Sequence record: PV037725.1 | Strand: one strand, 5' to 3' | DNA: 64,000 nt | Shown here: positions 18,923 to 28,391 of the stretch, one piece after another | Numbering within the stretch: position 1 is the stretch's first letter | How the letters are laid out: each line of letters starts with the position of its first letter | The notes under the pieces: generated by a model | Told to the model about the DNA's origin: nothing | Database searches by the model: none | The model's input: only the letters and a program-made list of their open reading frames with translations | Made by a program: the position numbers and the translations under genes

Positions 18923-20014
18923 TCAATTTTTTCTTGACTTAATGTCATCGATCAACTCGGCGATTTGTTTACGGAACATCTTAACAAATTCAGTGTTACC
19001 CATTTGATTGAAGATCTGATCGTGTGAACCCTCAACCAAGTCAATCATTACAGCGTTTACCTGAGAAGCATCATAACCATGGTTACGCAATACCATCCTC
19101 ACTAGATACCTTACGTAAGGTAGTCGTGACATAGTGACAGCCCATTGGTTCTGATACGTGATTGGTTCTCTAGGTAACTTCAATACATCAAACAGATTAG
19201 GTTTAACAATCATCGGAGTGATAGCTGCTAACCCTTCAATCTCAATCCCTTTAAGAATAGCTTCGAAGTTGATAGACTCCTCAATCTTCTTCAGTCGTTC
19301 AGAAAGGTCAGTGATGTAGAATGGATGCGGCGACGGGAATGTCGGATTAGGGATACCCTGAGACTGACGATCCAATCGGTTAAAGAAGGCAATGTCCAAG
19401 TAGCTTTCGATTAGGCTAGGCAATACGAAACTACCTACAAACCGATAAACGTTTTCTTGTTGGATGATACCTTGTGTAGTTTGCCATCTACGCCAGTAAC
19501 GGTATTGGATCATCAGCATTGGTATATTAATGCTAATCACACCAAAGGCCCGGCCTGGAGTTGTGTTGTTCATGATTGGTAGCATCATGTCGGTTCGAGT
19601 GTGGTAAAGGTACCTGACTGGTTTCAAGTCACGCCATACTTTACCTAAGCCCTCTATCTTGAATTTCTCATAGCTGGCAATAGCTACTTCTTCAGACTGT
19701 GGTCCAAGTGTAATCCCCTTGGTGTAGACCGAGCCTTTATTAATAGGTGAGACAATCCCTAACCGTGGGATAACTCCACGAGCCCATCGTTCTACGTGGT
19801 TAGCCCATTCAGCATCATCCATCTTGTTAGATAGTTCGAACTGTTGAATGATCAATGCAAATAGATTATTGGACTCGACGTACTTAGGAGCTTTCCGGTA
19901 ATAGCTCTGGACGTCCTTTATAAGTGTTTGATACTGACGTCGGACATACGCAAGGTTAGGGTCAACTGTCTGACCTAGCTTACGATTTGGTGCGTCCCGA
20001 AAGAGTGCATACAT
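18923..20014 (-). CDS. conserved core/virion protein (probable phiKZ gp52 equivalent)
   Basis: 363 aa ORF on the minus strand between polymerase and chmA; synteny. Confidence 0.65.
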   Translation of the reverse strand: MYALFRDAPNRKLGQTVDPNLAYVRRQYQTLIKDVQSYYRKAPKYVESNNLFALIIQQFELSNKMDDAEWANHVERWARGVIPRLGIVSPINKGSVYTKGITLGPQSEEVAIASYEKFKIEGLGKVWRDLKPVRYLYHTRTDMMLPIMNNTTPGRAFGVISINIPMLMIQYRYWRRWQTTQGIIQQENVYRFVGSFVLPSLIESYLDIAFFNRLDRQSQGIPNPTFPSPHPFYITDLSERLKKIEESINFEAILKGIEIEGLAAITPMIVKPNLFDVLKLPREPITYQNQWAVTMSRLPYVRYLVRMVLRNHGYDASQVNAVMIDLVEGSHDQIFNQMGNTEFVKMFRKQIAELIDDIKSRKN

Positions 20015-20090
20015 CGAGTGTCTTCCTGTGATTGTAGTGGAGCAACATACAGTACGGTTGATGAGTATATAACATTGTAGGGTAATAGAT

Positions 20091-20112
20091 TTTATTTCAG
20101 ATTTATATCATG
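20091..20112 (+). promoter_or_regulatory. early promoter
   Basis: TTTATTTCAGATTTATATCATG. Confidence 0.75.
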
Positions 20113-20142
20113 TTTGTGTAATTAATAGAGGGTGTAAATAAA

Positions 20143-20400
20143 ATGGTCCAGCCATGCTGTGATAATACCTACGCTAAGTATCAAGTAGAACCCCATGTCG
20201 TACAACCTGAGCGTTTTAAAAAGTTGTTTGGTGTTGATGCGGAGACAGAGACGGTAGAGGAAAAGGGTACTGAATGGGCAACGTTTATATTCTCGCAACA
20301 CGGTCATTATCCACGTGAGACGTTTGTAATACGCGGCAGCCAACGTGCGAGACTATGTACATGCGAATGTCACGTCATTGGAACTAACGTCTGTCACTGA
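20143..20400 (+). CDS. hypothetical protein
   Basis: 85 aa ORF, SD GAGGG. Confidence 0.65.
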   Translation: MVQPCCDNTYAKYQVEPHVVQPERFKKLFGVDAETETVEEKGTEWATFIFSQHGHYPRETFVIRGSQRARLCTCECHVIGTNVCH

Positions 20401-20419
20401 ATATAACTGAGGAAGACCT

Positions 20420-20596
20420 GTGGAAACAATTCTTAGCATTACACGTAAAGCGGCTAACACCAAGATCACTTCAGAATTCTTGATGCGCGGTAACAATATC
20501 GATCTGTTCCGTAATAGTTACAGTCGGCTACAGCGCAAAGTTCGTGAAGGTTCTAACATCGTTGCCATTCATGTAAATAAGGTAGGTGCAGTATGA
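20420..20596 (+). CDS. small hypothetical protein (58 aa, GTG start, not in ORF track)
   Basis: SD GAGGA, open frame, ATGA overlap with the next gene. Confidence 0.55.
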   Translation: METILSITRKAANTKITSEFLMRGNNIDLFRNSYSRLQRKVREGSNIVAIHVNKVGAV

Positions 20597-20853
20597 CACT
20601 TGAACAATACGTTACCAACGAAGTCGCAGCGCTGGCTCAGATCGGACTTAATGTCATGCCGTGTGATCCAAACGCAATCCATGAACTGGTGGTAGTATTG
20701 GAACCACGTTTCATGGATACTTACTGGGAGATGACTCTAGGTTCCCATGATGACTTCGATTGGACACACTACGAGCAAAGCTGTGAGCGACTGATGAATA
20801 AGATTCGCACTGGTAATACCATCCAACGTGTTGTAGTCACTCGGAGGGTATAA
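20593..20853 (+). CDS. hypothetical protein
   Basis: 86 aa ORF. Confidence 0.7.
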   Translation: MTLEQYVTNEVAALAQIGLNVMPCDPNAIHELVVVLEPRFMDTYWEMTLGSHDDFDWTHYEQSCERLMNKIRTGNTIQRVVVTRRV

Positions 20854-20855
20854 TA

Positions 20856-21086
20856 ATGTTGGCAACCTTTCGTGTTCAACATCACGACGATAGTAACACC
20901 ACTGAGTTCGTCACGTTCGAGAGAAACAGTGTCTATCACCTAGTAATGATGCTCGAGCTTAACAACAACGTTAAAGCTTACAGTATCATTGCTGAAGGTG
21001 AACCATTGGCCAGTCCGCACATGACTTATTCATTTAGTCGTAACATCGAAATGGCTAAGTACACCACTCAACCTTTCGAATGGTGA
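20856..21086 (+). CDS. small hypothetical protein
   Basis: 76 aa ORF, SD GGAGG. Confidence 0.7.
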   Translation: MLATFRVQHHDDSNTTEFVTFERNSVYHLVMMLELNNNVKAYSIIAEGEPLASPHMTYSFSRNIEMAKYTTQPFEW

Positions 21087-21090
21087 TCGG

Positions 21091-21465
21091 ATGATCTCTA
21101 AAGGTAAGCGTAGATATCTGGTTACACTATATCAACCCGATGGCTTCTTTTATCGTGGTGGCAAACTTTGCTATAGACTGGGTGATCGGATCTTAGTTGG
21201 TCTCGACCCTCGACCAGAGGGTGTTGAGGTATATGGCACTCCGGTAGCATACGACATCGAGTTTGATGTATTAAAGAAGGACTACACCCTCGGTACATTT
21301 AAGCCATCAGTGATTAGTCAGTGGGGGCAATTGGGTGAGCAGCTATCTACGATGACTCAATTTAGTCGGCATCACATGGCAGTCAGTCACCCAGATAACT
21401 TTCAGTATCGGTTGCAGAATGAGCTGATAAAGCAGGCTAGTGGAAAAGAATACCAGCAAGGCTGA
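21091..21465 (+). CDS. hypothetical protein
   Basis: 124 aa ORF. Confidence 0.7.
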   Translation: MISKGKRRYLVTLYQPDGFFYRGGKLCYRLGDRILVGLDPRPEGVEVYGTPVAYDIEFDVLKKDYTLGTFKPSVISQWGQLGEQLSTMTQFSRHHMAVSHPDNFQYRLQNELIKQASGKEYQQG

Positions 21466-21525
21466 TCTAATAAGAGACAGTGCCGTCATGGACTGCCATA
21501 CTAACTTATTCCCTGTGGTGTAACC

Positions 21526-21798
21526 ATGACTGAACAACTTAGCTATACTGCAACCCTAACGTTCGACGAAATTGCCGCGCATTGTACAAATGTTGGCCAT
21601 AAGCCCTGGGACCCTGATTACAACCAGTCAGATTTCACCGTGTTCTTCATTGAGCTGGCAGGTAAAAAGGATATCACCCTTTTTGCAGACTCGATTGAGG
21701 ATGCTACACGGAAGATTGAAACCGTAGCTAAACATCTAGGCGCACTGGAGGTTGAAAACATTCGACGTAAAGTGTATCCAACGCCAGACGAAAGTTAA
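21526..21798 (+). CDS. hypothetical protein
   Basis: 90 aa ORF. Confidence 0.7.
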   Translation: MTEQLSYTATLTFDEIAAHCTNVGHKPWDPDYNQSDFTVFFIELAGKKDITLFADSIEDATRKIETVAKHLGALEVENIRRKVYPTPDES

Positions 21799-21910
21799 GG
21801 AATACTTTTTGTAGTATCTTATGTAACACACTTAACTGTGTTGCACCCCAGGCGTTTATAGCCTGATAACCAGACTATGATGCCTGAACCAGTAATAAAG
21901 TCGTGATTAG

Positions 21911-21936
21911 AAAAAATCTCAGATTTATATTACTAC
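21911..21936 (+). promoter_or_regulatory. early promoter for chmA
   Basis: AAAAAATCTCAGATTTATATTACTA containing the phiKZ early consensus TATATTAC; near-identical to 34765. Confidence 0.85.
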
Positions 21937-22006
21937 TGTGAATCTCAGTACAAGGTTCACTTGCATCAACTTGATCAAGCACTAAAAACACCTAAAGGAA
22001 AGAATC

Positions 22007-23905
22007 ATGATTCGTGATACCGCTACCAACACCGCAACTTCTGCACCACAGCAAGCTGTACAGAAACAAGCACCAATTCAAGAAGCAATCCAGGTACCTC
22101 AAATGCAAAACACCCAAACGCAACAAGCCCCATCGTACGCTGGTACTGGTGGCATCAACTCCCAATTCGCCCGTTCGGGTAATGTACAAGGTGGCGATGC
22201 TCGTGCAAGCGAAGCTCTGACCATCTTCACCCGACTGAAAGATCAAGCTGTTGCTCAACAAGATCTGGTCGACGACTTCAGCATCCTGCGTTTCGACCGT
22301 GACCAACATCAGGTAGGTTGGTCTGCTCTGGTAATCGCCAAACAGATCTCTCTGAACGGCCAACCAGTTATCGCAGTTCGTCCTCTGATCCTGCCTAACA
22401 ACTCGATCGAATTGCCAAAGCGCAAAACCTCGATCCAGAACGGCATGCAGACCGACATCATCGAATCCGACATCGACGTTGGTACCGTGTTCTCTGCACA
22501 GTACTTCAGCCGTCTGTCCACCTACGTTCAGAACACTCTGGGTAAGCCTGGTGCTAAAGTAGTACTGGCTGGTGCATTCCCGATCCCTGCTGATCTGGTT
22601 CTGAAAGATGCTGAACTGCAACTGCGTAACCTGCTGATCAAATCGGTTAACGCCGCTGACGACATCCTGGCTCTGCACTCCGGTGAGCGTCCTTTCACCA
22701 TCGCTGGTCTGAAAGGTCAGCAAGGTGAGACTCTGGCTGCCAAGATCGAAGTCCGTCAACAGCCGATCCACGACACCGTTGGTAACCCAATCCGTGCCGA
22801 CCTGATCGTAACCACTCAGCGTGTTCGCCGTAACGGTCAACAACAAGAGAACGAGTTCTACGAGACTGATGTCAAGTTGAACCAAGTTGCAATGTTCACT
22901 AACCTGGAGCGTACTCCTCAGGCTCAGGCTCAGCAACTGTTCCCGAACCAACAGGTTACTCAGGCTCCAGCTCCTTGGATTGCCGCTGTAGTAATCACCG
23001 ACGTTCGTAACGCTGAAGGCATTCAGGCTAACACTCCAGAAATGTACTGGTTCAGCCTGTCCAACGCCTACCGTTCGACCAACGGTCACGCTTGGGCTCG
23101 TCCATTCCTGCCAATGACTGGTGTCGCTAAAGACATGAAAGACATCGGTGCTCTGGGTTGGATGTCCGCTCTGCGTAACCGCATCGACACCAAAGCAGCT
23201 TCGTTCGACGACGCTCAATTCGGTCAACTGATGCTGAGTCAGGTTCAACCTAACCCAGTGTTCCAGATCGACCTGAACCGTCTGGGCGAAACCGCTGTAA
23301 TGGATGGTCTGCTGCTGGACGCTGCTGGTGGTCCAAACGCTCAGAAGGCTGCTGCTACCGCAGTACGTCAGATCAACAACCTCGGCGGTGGCGGTTTCGA
23401 GAAGTACTTCGACTACACCACTCAGCCAATCCTGGAACGTACCGGTCAATCGATCGATCTGGGTAACTGGTTCGATGGTGATGAGAAACGTGACCGTCGT
23501 GACCTCGACAACCTGGCTGCTCTGAACGCTGCCGAAGGTAACGAGAACGAGTTCTGGGGCTACTACGGTGCTCAGCTGAACCCAGGTCTGCATCCAGATC
23601 TGCGTAACCGTCAGTCGCGTAACTACGATCGTCAATACCTGGGTAGCACTGTTACCTACACCGGTAAAGCCGAACGTTGCACCTTCAACGCTAAGTTCAT
23701 CGAAGCGCTGGATCGTTACCTGTCGGACGCTGGTCTGCAAATCACCATGGACAACACTTCGGTGCTGAACAGCGGTCAACGCTTCACCGGTAACTCGGTG
23801 ATCGGTAACCAAATGGTTGGTGGTCAGGCTCAGGTTCACTCGGCTTACGCTGGTCAGTCTGGCTTCCAGTACCAGCAACCAACTGGTCCATCGGCTTTCT
23901 ACTAA
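22007..23905 (+). CDS. chmA: chimallin, phage nuclear shell protein (ChmA/PhuN)
   Basis: 632 aa, very similar to recalled 201phi2-1 gp105 (MIRDTATN...YAGTGGINSQF...GPSAFY); extreme codon bias; directly upstream of nvRNAP beta'. Confidence 0.95.
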   Translation: MIRDTATNTATSAPQQAVQKQAPIQEAIQVPQMQNTQTQQAPSYAGTGGINSQFARSGNVQGGDARASEALTIFTRLKDQAVAQQDLVDDFSILRFDRDQHQVGWSALVIAKQISLNGQPVIAVRPLILPNNSIELPKRKTSIQNGMQTDIIESDIDVGTVFSAQYFSRLSTYVQNTLGKPGAKVVLAGAFPIPADLVLKDAELQLRNLLIKSVNAADDILALHSGERPFTIAGLKGQQGETLAAKIEVRQQPIHDTVGNPIRADLIVTTQRVRRNGQQQENEFYETDVKLNQVAMFTNLERTPQAQAQQLFPNQQVTQAPAPWIAAVVITDVRNAEGIQANTPEMYWFSLSNAYRSTNGHAWARPFLPMTGVAKDMKDIGALGWMSALRNRIDTKAASFDDAQFGQLMLSQVQPNPVFQIDLNRLGETAVMDGLLLDAAGGPNAQKAAATAVRQINNLGGGGFEKYFDYTTQPILERTGQSIDLGNWFDGDEKRDRRDLDNLAALNAAEGNENEFWGYYGAQLNPGLHPDLRNRQSRNYDRQYLGSTVTYTGKAERCTFNAKFIEALDRYLSDAGLQITMDNTSVLNSGQRFTGNSVIGNQMVGGQAQVHSAYAGQSGFQYQQPTGPSAFY

Positions 23906-24099
23906 GTCGTAAGGACTCACCAGAAGAACCAACGTAGGTACCGCCTAAATGCTGGACTAAAAGGTACTTACGTTGTAACCCTCGTTGTGGATAGGTTTCT
24001 ATTCATACGAGCCTGGTGACTAAGCTAGCTGGATGACGGCTCAACCTGCTCAATGGTGGGATCATTCAATACCCCCAGTTAACTCTGGACCGAATAAGT
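23906..24099 (+). ncRNA. candidate structured RNA / structured 3' UTR of chmA
   Basis: No plus-strand ORF; nested helices 23917-23923/24013-24019, 23930-23942/23963-23975, 23981-23994/23999-24011. Confidence 0.45.
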
Positions 24100-24139
24100 G
24101 GGCTACTCCTTCGGGAGTAGCTCATCTATTCCTTTTTTT
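24100..24139 (+). terminator. terminator of the chmA transcript
   Basis: GGGCTACTCC-TTCG-GGAGTAGCTC then CCTTTTTTTG. Confidence 0.85.
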
Positions 24140-24161
24140 GTAATTACCGAAAGGTGTTTAA

Positions 24162-24494
24162 ATGCAAGCCGAAACTCGTGAATTGATGTGGGCAATGAAT
24201 CGTTCGATTGGTGAAACCGTACGTGCTACTGGTGATACCTCCGTAATCAAAGATCAGTGCATTGGTATTCAAGAGGGTGATCAAGAATTCAAAGAAGAAC
24301 GAGATAATACACTTTACAACATGGGTGTTAAAGATGGTATCGCTCGTTTTGTAGACCATATTCACGATGCAGGTTATGTCATCCATGATCCTAATGGGGT
24401 TGTCATCAAACCACATCATCCTGAACACGCTGAGCAAGCAGAGACATTCTCTGAAACCTTCTGGGGTTCCTATTGGGTTAAAGTAAGCAACTGA
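24162..24494 (+). CDS. hypothetical protein
   Basis: 110 aa ORF, SD AAGGTG. Confidence 0.75.
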   Translation: MQAETRELMWAMNRSIGETVRATGDTSVIKDQCIGIQEGDQEFKEERDNTLYNMGVKDGIARFVDHIHDAGYVIHDPNGVVIKPHHPEHAEQAETFSETFWGSYWVKVSN

Positions 24495-24586
24495 GTGGGG
24501 TGAGTATGAAACTCATACACTGGACATGTCGTCGTTGTGGTATGGCAAAATGTCTTTGCATCAAATTGAGTAAGTGAGGTAGTTAC

Positions 24587-26050
24587 ATGGGTCTATATTT
24601 GTCCGTAGTCGACCTGGACGAAGTACACGACAACTTTAAAGGTAAGATGGTTTATGCTAACGACTTCAACACAGGTACAGTTGAGGGTAAGGACGCATTC
24701 CATCGACACTTCTATTCTCACTATAAAGACTCGGAAGCCGTAGAGAACTCTGCGAGCTGTGACTGTGAGTTTCTAGATGAGGCTCACTTCCTTGATGTGA
24801 TCTGTGAAAACTGCGGTACTCCCGTAGTATCCACCAGCAACCGACCAATCGTACCATCCATGTGGATTCGTGCACCAGAGGGTGTAGATCGTTTGATCTC
24901 TCCACAACTCTGGATTATGTTGTCTAACTATCTCACGATGAAAGAGTTCGACTTCCTCGAATATCTGACTAACACGAGTTATAGTTACGATGATGCATCT
25001 ATTACGTCTAAAGAAACTCGACGGAAGCTGGACAAGTTGTTGGTTAAAGGTTTCCCACGTGGGTTGAATAACTTCACTCGGAACTTTGATGAGATCTTCC
25101 AGTTCTTGCTGGATGCTAACATCATCCACAACAACAAAGGTGAGATGAATGCGTTCATCACAGCCAACAAGCACAAGATGTTCCCACGGTATATCCCGAT
25201 TCCATCGAAGCTTTGTTTCGTAGCTGAATCGACTACCTCTGGTAACTATCTGGATGAACCAATTGGACCAGCTATCGAAGCCGTACTGACCTTCTGTAGT
25301 ATTGGCAGTAGTCCGATTCCCATTAAGCCCCAAACCGTCCAGAACCGCGTTGCAGAGTCACTGAAGAACCTTGCGGTGTATCACAAGAACCTCGCTAAGA
25401 CTCGTGTAGCTCAAAAGCCTGGTCTGGTACGTCGTCACGTATTGGGTGGCCGTCTCAACTTTACTGGTCGTGGCGTAATTACCTCTATCAGTGATCCGCA
25501 TGATTACGATGAACTCCACGTAAGTTGGGGCATCATGTGTCAGCTGATGAAATATCAGTTGGTTAACAAACTCAAGCGTAAGAAGCGTTGGACATCCCGT
25601 AAGTGTACCCAACACATCTATGAACACACCTTGCAATACTGTCCGATCCTGAATGAGTGTTTCCTAGAACTCATCGCAGAATCTAAGTATAAAGGTATCG
25701 GTGTTACATTCCACCGAAACCCGACGTTGCAGCGTGGTTCTACTCAGCGGTTCTTCATCACCAAGGTTAAGACTGACCTGCGTGATAACTCCATCAGTAT
25801 GTCGGTATTGTGTCTTAAGGCACCTAACGCCGACTTTGACGGCGACCAACTGAACATGACCCTGTTGCCGGATAACTATCTGGTTGACGCGTGTGAGCGT
25901 ATTGCACCACACACCTGGGTACACTCGACTGATGATCCACATCAACTGTCTGGTAACCTTGAACTGCAAGGTCCGGTCGTAGAAACGGTAGTTAACTATG
26001 GGCATGAAGAATATCTTCCAACGCTGGAAGAGTGGCTTGCTGGGGTATAG
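24587..26050 (+). CDS. non-virion RNA polymerase beta'-like subunit with the catalytic motif (phiKZ gp55-like), uninterrupted
   Basis: NADFDGD; Zn-finger CDC...CENC; GGRLNFTGRGVI; HRNPTL. Confidence 0.93.
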   Translation: MGLYLSVVDLDEVHDNFKGKMVYANDFNTGTVEGKDAFHRHFYSHYKDSEAVENSASCDCEFLDEAHFLDVICENCGTPVVSTSNRPIVPSMWIRAPEGVDRLISPQLWIMLSNYLTMKEFDFLEYLTNTSYSYDDASITSKETRRKLDKLLVKGFPRGLNNFTRNFDEIFQFLLDANIIHNNKGEMNAFITANKHKMFPRYIPIPSKLCFVAESTTSGNYLDEPIGPAIEAVLTFCSIGSSPIPIKPQTVQNRVAESLKNLAVYHKNLAKTRVAQKPGLVRRHVLGGRLNFTGRGVITSISDPHDYDELHVSWGIMCQLMKYQLVNKLKRKKRWTSRKCTQHIYEHTLQYCPILNECFLELIAESKYKGIGVTFHRNPTLQRGSTQRFFITKVKTDLRDNSISMSVLCLKAPNADFDGDQLNMTLLPDNYLVDACERIAPHTWVHSTDDPHQLSGNLELQGPVVETVVNYGHEEYLPTLEEWLAGV

Positions 26051-27155
26051 AACAAGCCCTGAAGAGATTCCGACGATCGGAGAGTCTCTGACCCAATATC
26101 GTAATAATGCCAAAACTAAGAAGGCGGTCGAATGGTGTAGTGCCATTCGATCGTCCTACGCTCGATCGTTCAGCTATCAGTGGAGTCCATGGGATAAGTT
26201 CCTGTGGCTCTATGGCCTTTCTGATAGAAAGCCAGAGGCGCGGGTGAGGTTATATGAATACTTTGGGTGTCCAACCACACCGATGATCCCGGCTGAACAT
26301 GTTGACGTGATCGTTGCACTGACCAAGGTATTGGGTGACGAATCCGTTACACATCTGGATCGACGTGCTGCCGAAGCTTACTGTAGATCTTTGAATAGAG
26401 TACTCAGTAATCCAGATTGGGTGGCATTGACGAAAGAGGTTTTCCCATGTTTGCCCGGCGGTGAAAATCGTATTGTTGGTGAATATATTCGACAACAGTA
26501 CTCTATCAGGGACGCCGACATAGCCGAATATAAGCTGGCCATATTGGTGTGGGACATTTCAGGTCGTCCTGACGAACCAGACTACTCACTTGTAGCCTGT
26601 CCGAATGAAGTAAGACGGCTTGAGTGTAAGTACTATCGTAAGGCGTTCAGAAAACTACAGTCAGTTATTGCTGACTGGGCGCAATTAGGTTGGAGGAGTT
26701 GTTGCGACTTCCCACAAGAACTCACACCTGGCGTAATGGCGTTGTATGACCACCACTGTCGATTCAAAGACGAGGAACCTGTTATGGTTGATAAGTCAGT
26801 TACCTTAGTGTTGCTAGAACGTGTGGCTACTAGCATCGCCCCTGCACAATGGCACGTTGCGATTGATGGTAAACACTATCCAGTGAAACTGGGTGGTATT
26901 CCAGAAGACCTCGATGCCTTTACCAAACCGTTCTATAAGTTCACCAATGATCGACCTGAAGGCGAAAACATCTGTAAGGTGTTGATTGCTAGCGGTACCG
27001 ATGGACATTACTGGACATTCGTAGTCAATGAGACTTACGATATCCTGGCTATTTGGGATAACGATGAAGAGCCAATGCTGGGTGTTACAATCCCAGTAGA
27101 TTCTAAAGCCCTTTCGTTGTTTCGTATTGACTGTTCGCTGAAGAGTGTACTGTAA
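25998..27155 (+). CDS. hypothetical protein
   Basis: 385 aa ORF. Confidence 0.75.
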   Translation: MGMKNIFQRWKSGLLGYRTSPEEIPTIGESLTQYRNNAKTKKAVEWCSAIRSSYARSFSYQWSPWDKFLWLYGLSDRKPEARVRLYEYFGCPTTPMIPAEHVDVIVALTKVLGDESVTHLDRRAAEAYCRSLNRVLSNPDWVALTKEVFPCLPGGENRIVGEYIRQQYSIRDADIAEYKLAILVWDISGRPDEPDYSLVACPNEVRRLECKYYRKAFRKLQSVIADWAQLGWRSCCDFPQELTPGVMALYDHHCRFKDEEPVMVDKSVTLVLLERVATSIAPAQWHVAIDGKHYPVKLGGIPEDLDAFTKPFYKFTNDRPEGENICKVLIASGTDGHYWTFVVNETYDILAIWDNDEEPMLGVTIPVDSKALSLFRIDCSLKSVL

Positions 27156-27334
27156 TGAAGCTGATCGATCTCGATGAACTTGAGTCTCGTGTTAAATCCA
27201 TTAAGCGACCAACTCCACACCAAGTCCTTAACTTGATCACGGTAATGAATCGGGAGATCAACTCGAAACATTACCTGCATACATCTAGTATAGGGCTTGG
27301 AACCATTGAAGAGGGGCTTTATGCGAAAGCATGA
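27155..27334 (+). CDS. small hypothetical protein (59 aa, not in ORF track)
   Basis: TAATG coupling; MKLIDLDELESRVKSIK... Confidence 0.55.
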   Translation: MKLIDLDELESRVKSIKRPTPHQVLNLITVMNREINSKHYLHTSSIGLGTIEEGLYAKA

Positions 27335-27509
27335 GACACATCGTATCCGTCGTGGGGTATTAGTGGAAATCCCTGAAGCGTGGCGTGGTCAAGTACCATC
27401 TAACCAAACCATGCTCCAACGGAAAGCTGCACGCATCGAAGTAAGGGCTAAGAAGAAACGACGTCTACGTACTGAAAGTGCGTTCCACTGGAATTCACAA
27501 ATTGATTAA
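27321..27509 (+). CDS. small arginine-rich protein
   Basis: ATG at 27321 with SD GAGGGG; R/K-rich. Confidence 0.65.
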   Translation: MRKHETHRIRRGVLVEIPEAWRGQVPSNQTMLQRKAARIEVRAKKKRRLRTESAFHWNSQID

Positions 27510-27525
27510 ACAGAGGGACACCTTA

Positions 27526-27957
27526 ATGGGTTTAGTATTGAAGTTTGATAAAACTGAAGACGGTTTAGTGATCGATGGAAATCCGGTTACAATCTTTCTC
27601 GGTAACGAAAGTTGCCTAGTTGAGACTAGCTCGTTTTCACTGACTTACAAACTTCCACCTCATGCTCTGCCTGAAGGTAGCAAGCATGAAATCAGTTATA
27701 CGTTTAAAGCTGATGACACCGGTGTAGTTACGTCGGTTGAATGTGGTCGATTCGAAGTGATGGACCATCCAATCACCGGAAAGCGTTACGTTAGTGATAG
27801 TTTTCCAGAAATGGATTATGTCTACCTCTTAGATGATGCAGCCGTATTAGAATTCTTTAAGGTAACTGTCGATGGTACAGTCATGTCTGTAAAAGACTAC
27901 CTATCAATCCGGCCAGCTAACCCGCTTGAGAACTCTCTCGATCACATTGGGTGGTAA
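27526..27957 (+). CDS. hypothetical protein
   Basis: ATG at 27526, SD GAGGG. Confidence 0.75.
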   Translation: MGLVLKFDKTEDGLVIDGNPVTIFLGNESCLVETSSFSLTYKLPPHALPEGSKHEISYTFKADDTGVVTSVECGRFEVMDHPITGKRYVSDSFPEMDYVYLLDDAAVLEFFKVTVDGTVMSVKDYLSIRPANPLENSLDHIGW

Positions 27958-27959
27958 GG

Positions 27960-28340
27960 ATGTTTGATACTAAAGATACAGTTAGATTGCAACGTGATAC
28001 GTATCACGATGGTTCAGCCAGTCACTACTATGGTATCGTGGTGAATGGTGAGCATCACAAGATCTATATGCATGAACCTTTCCGCCCGTCGTTCCAACCG
28101 TTCGGTAGATTCTTTGTATTCAATCGGCGTGATGCCACTTTTACGGAACATCGAATCATCGTTGATAAAGACCGAGAAGCCTTGTTGCAGATCGACGACA
28201 ATGGTACCATTCTGAACATTGGTGTGGGCGGAAAGGATCTTAGCTTTTTTGATGTTCCTAAAGACCATGAGTTCTGGAAATTTGCATTCACTCGTCAACC
28301 AGCAAGTAACTTGTTTGAGCAACCAAAGACGACTGATTAA
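27960..28340 (+). CDS. hypothetical protein (FDVPxDH family)
   Basis: C-terminal FFDVPKDHEFWKFAF. Confidence 0.75.
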   Translation: MFDTKDTVRLQRDTYHDGSASHYYGIVVNGEHHKIYMHEPFRPSFQPFGRFFVFNRRDATFTEHRIIVDKDREALLQIDDNGTILNIGVGGKDLSFFDVPKDHEFWKFAFTRQPASNLFEQPKTTD

Positions 28341-28359
28341 ATTTGAGATCTATATCACT
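28339..28359 (+). promoter_or_regulatory. early-type promoter variant
   Basis: AAATTTGAGATCTATATCACT. Confidence 0.5.
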
Positions 28360-28391
28360 GGTATGCTCAAGGTAATCAATGAGGAATAACT

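Noticed and set aside
21992-23932. 646 aa antisense ORF covering chmA
   Set aside because: Shadow of chmA's extreme codon bias; no SD, implausible composition.
24587-26050. Group I intron / homing endonuclease in the nvRNAP beta' gene (phiKZ gp55 is interrupted)
   Set aside because: The ORF is continuous through NADFDGD to the stop; no inserted endonuclease.
27309-27324. GAGGGGCTTTATGC, right arm of the terminator repeat
   Set aside because: No left arm; explained as SD plus start codon of the arginine-rich ORF.
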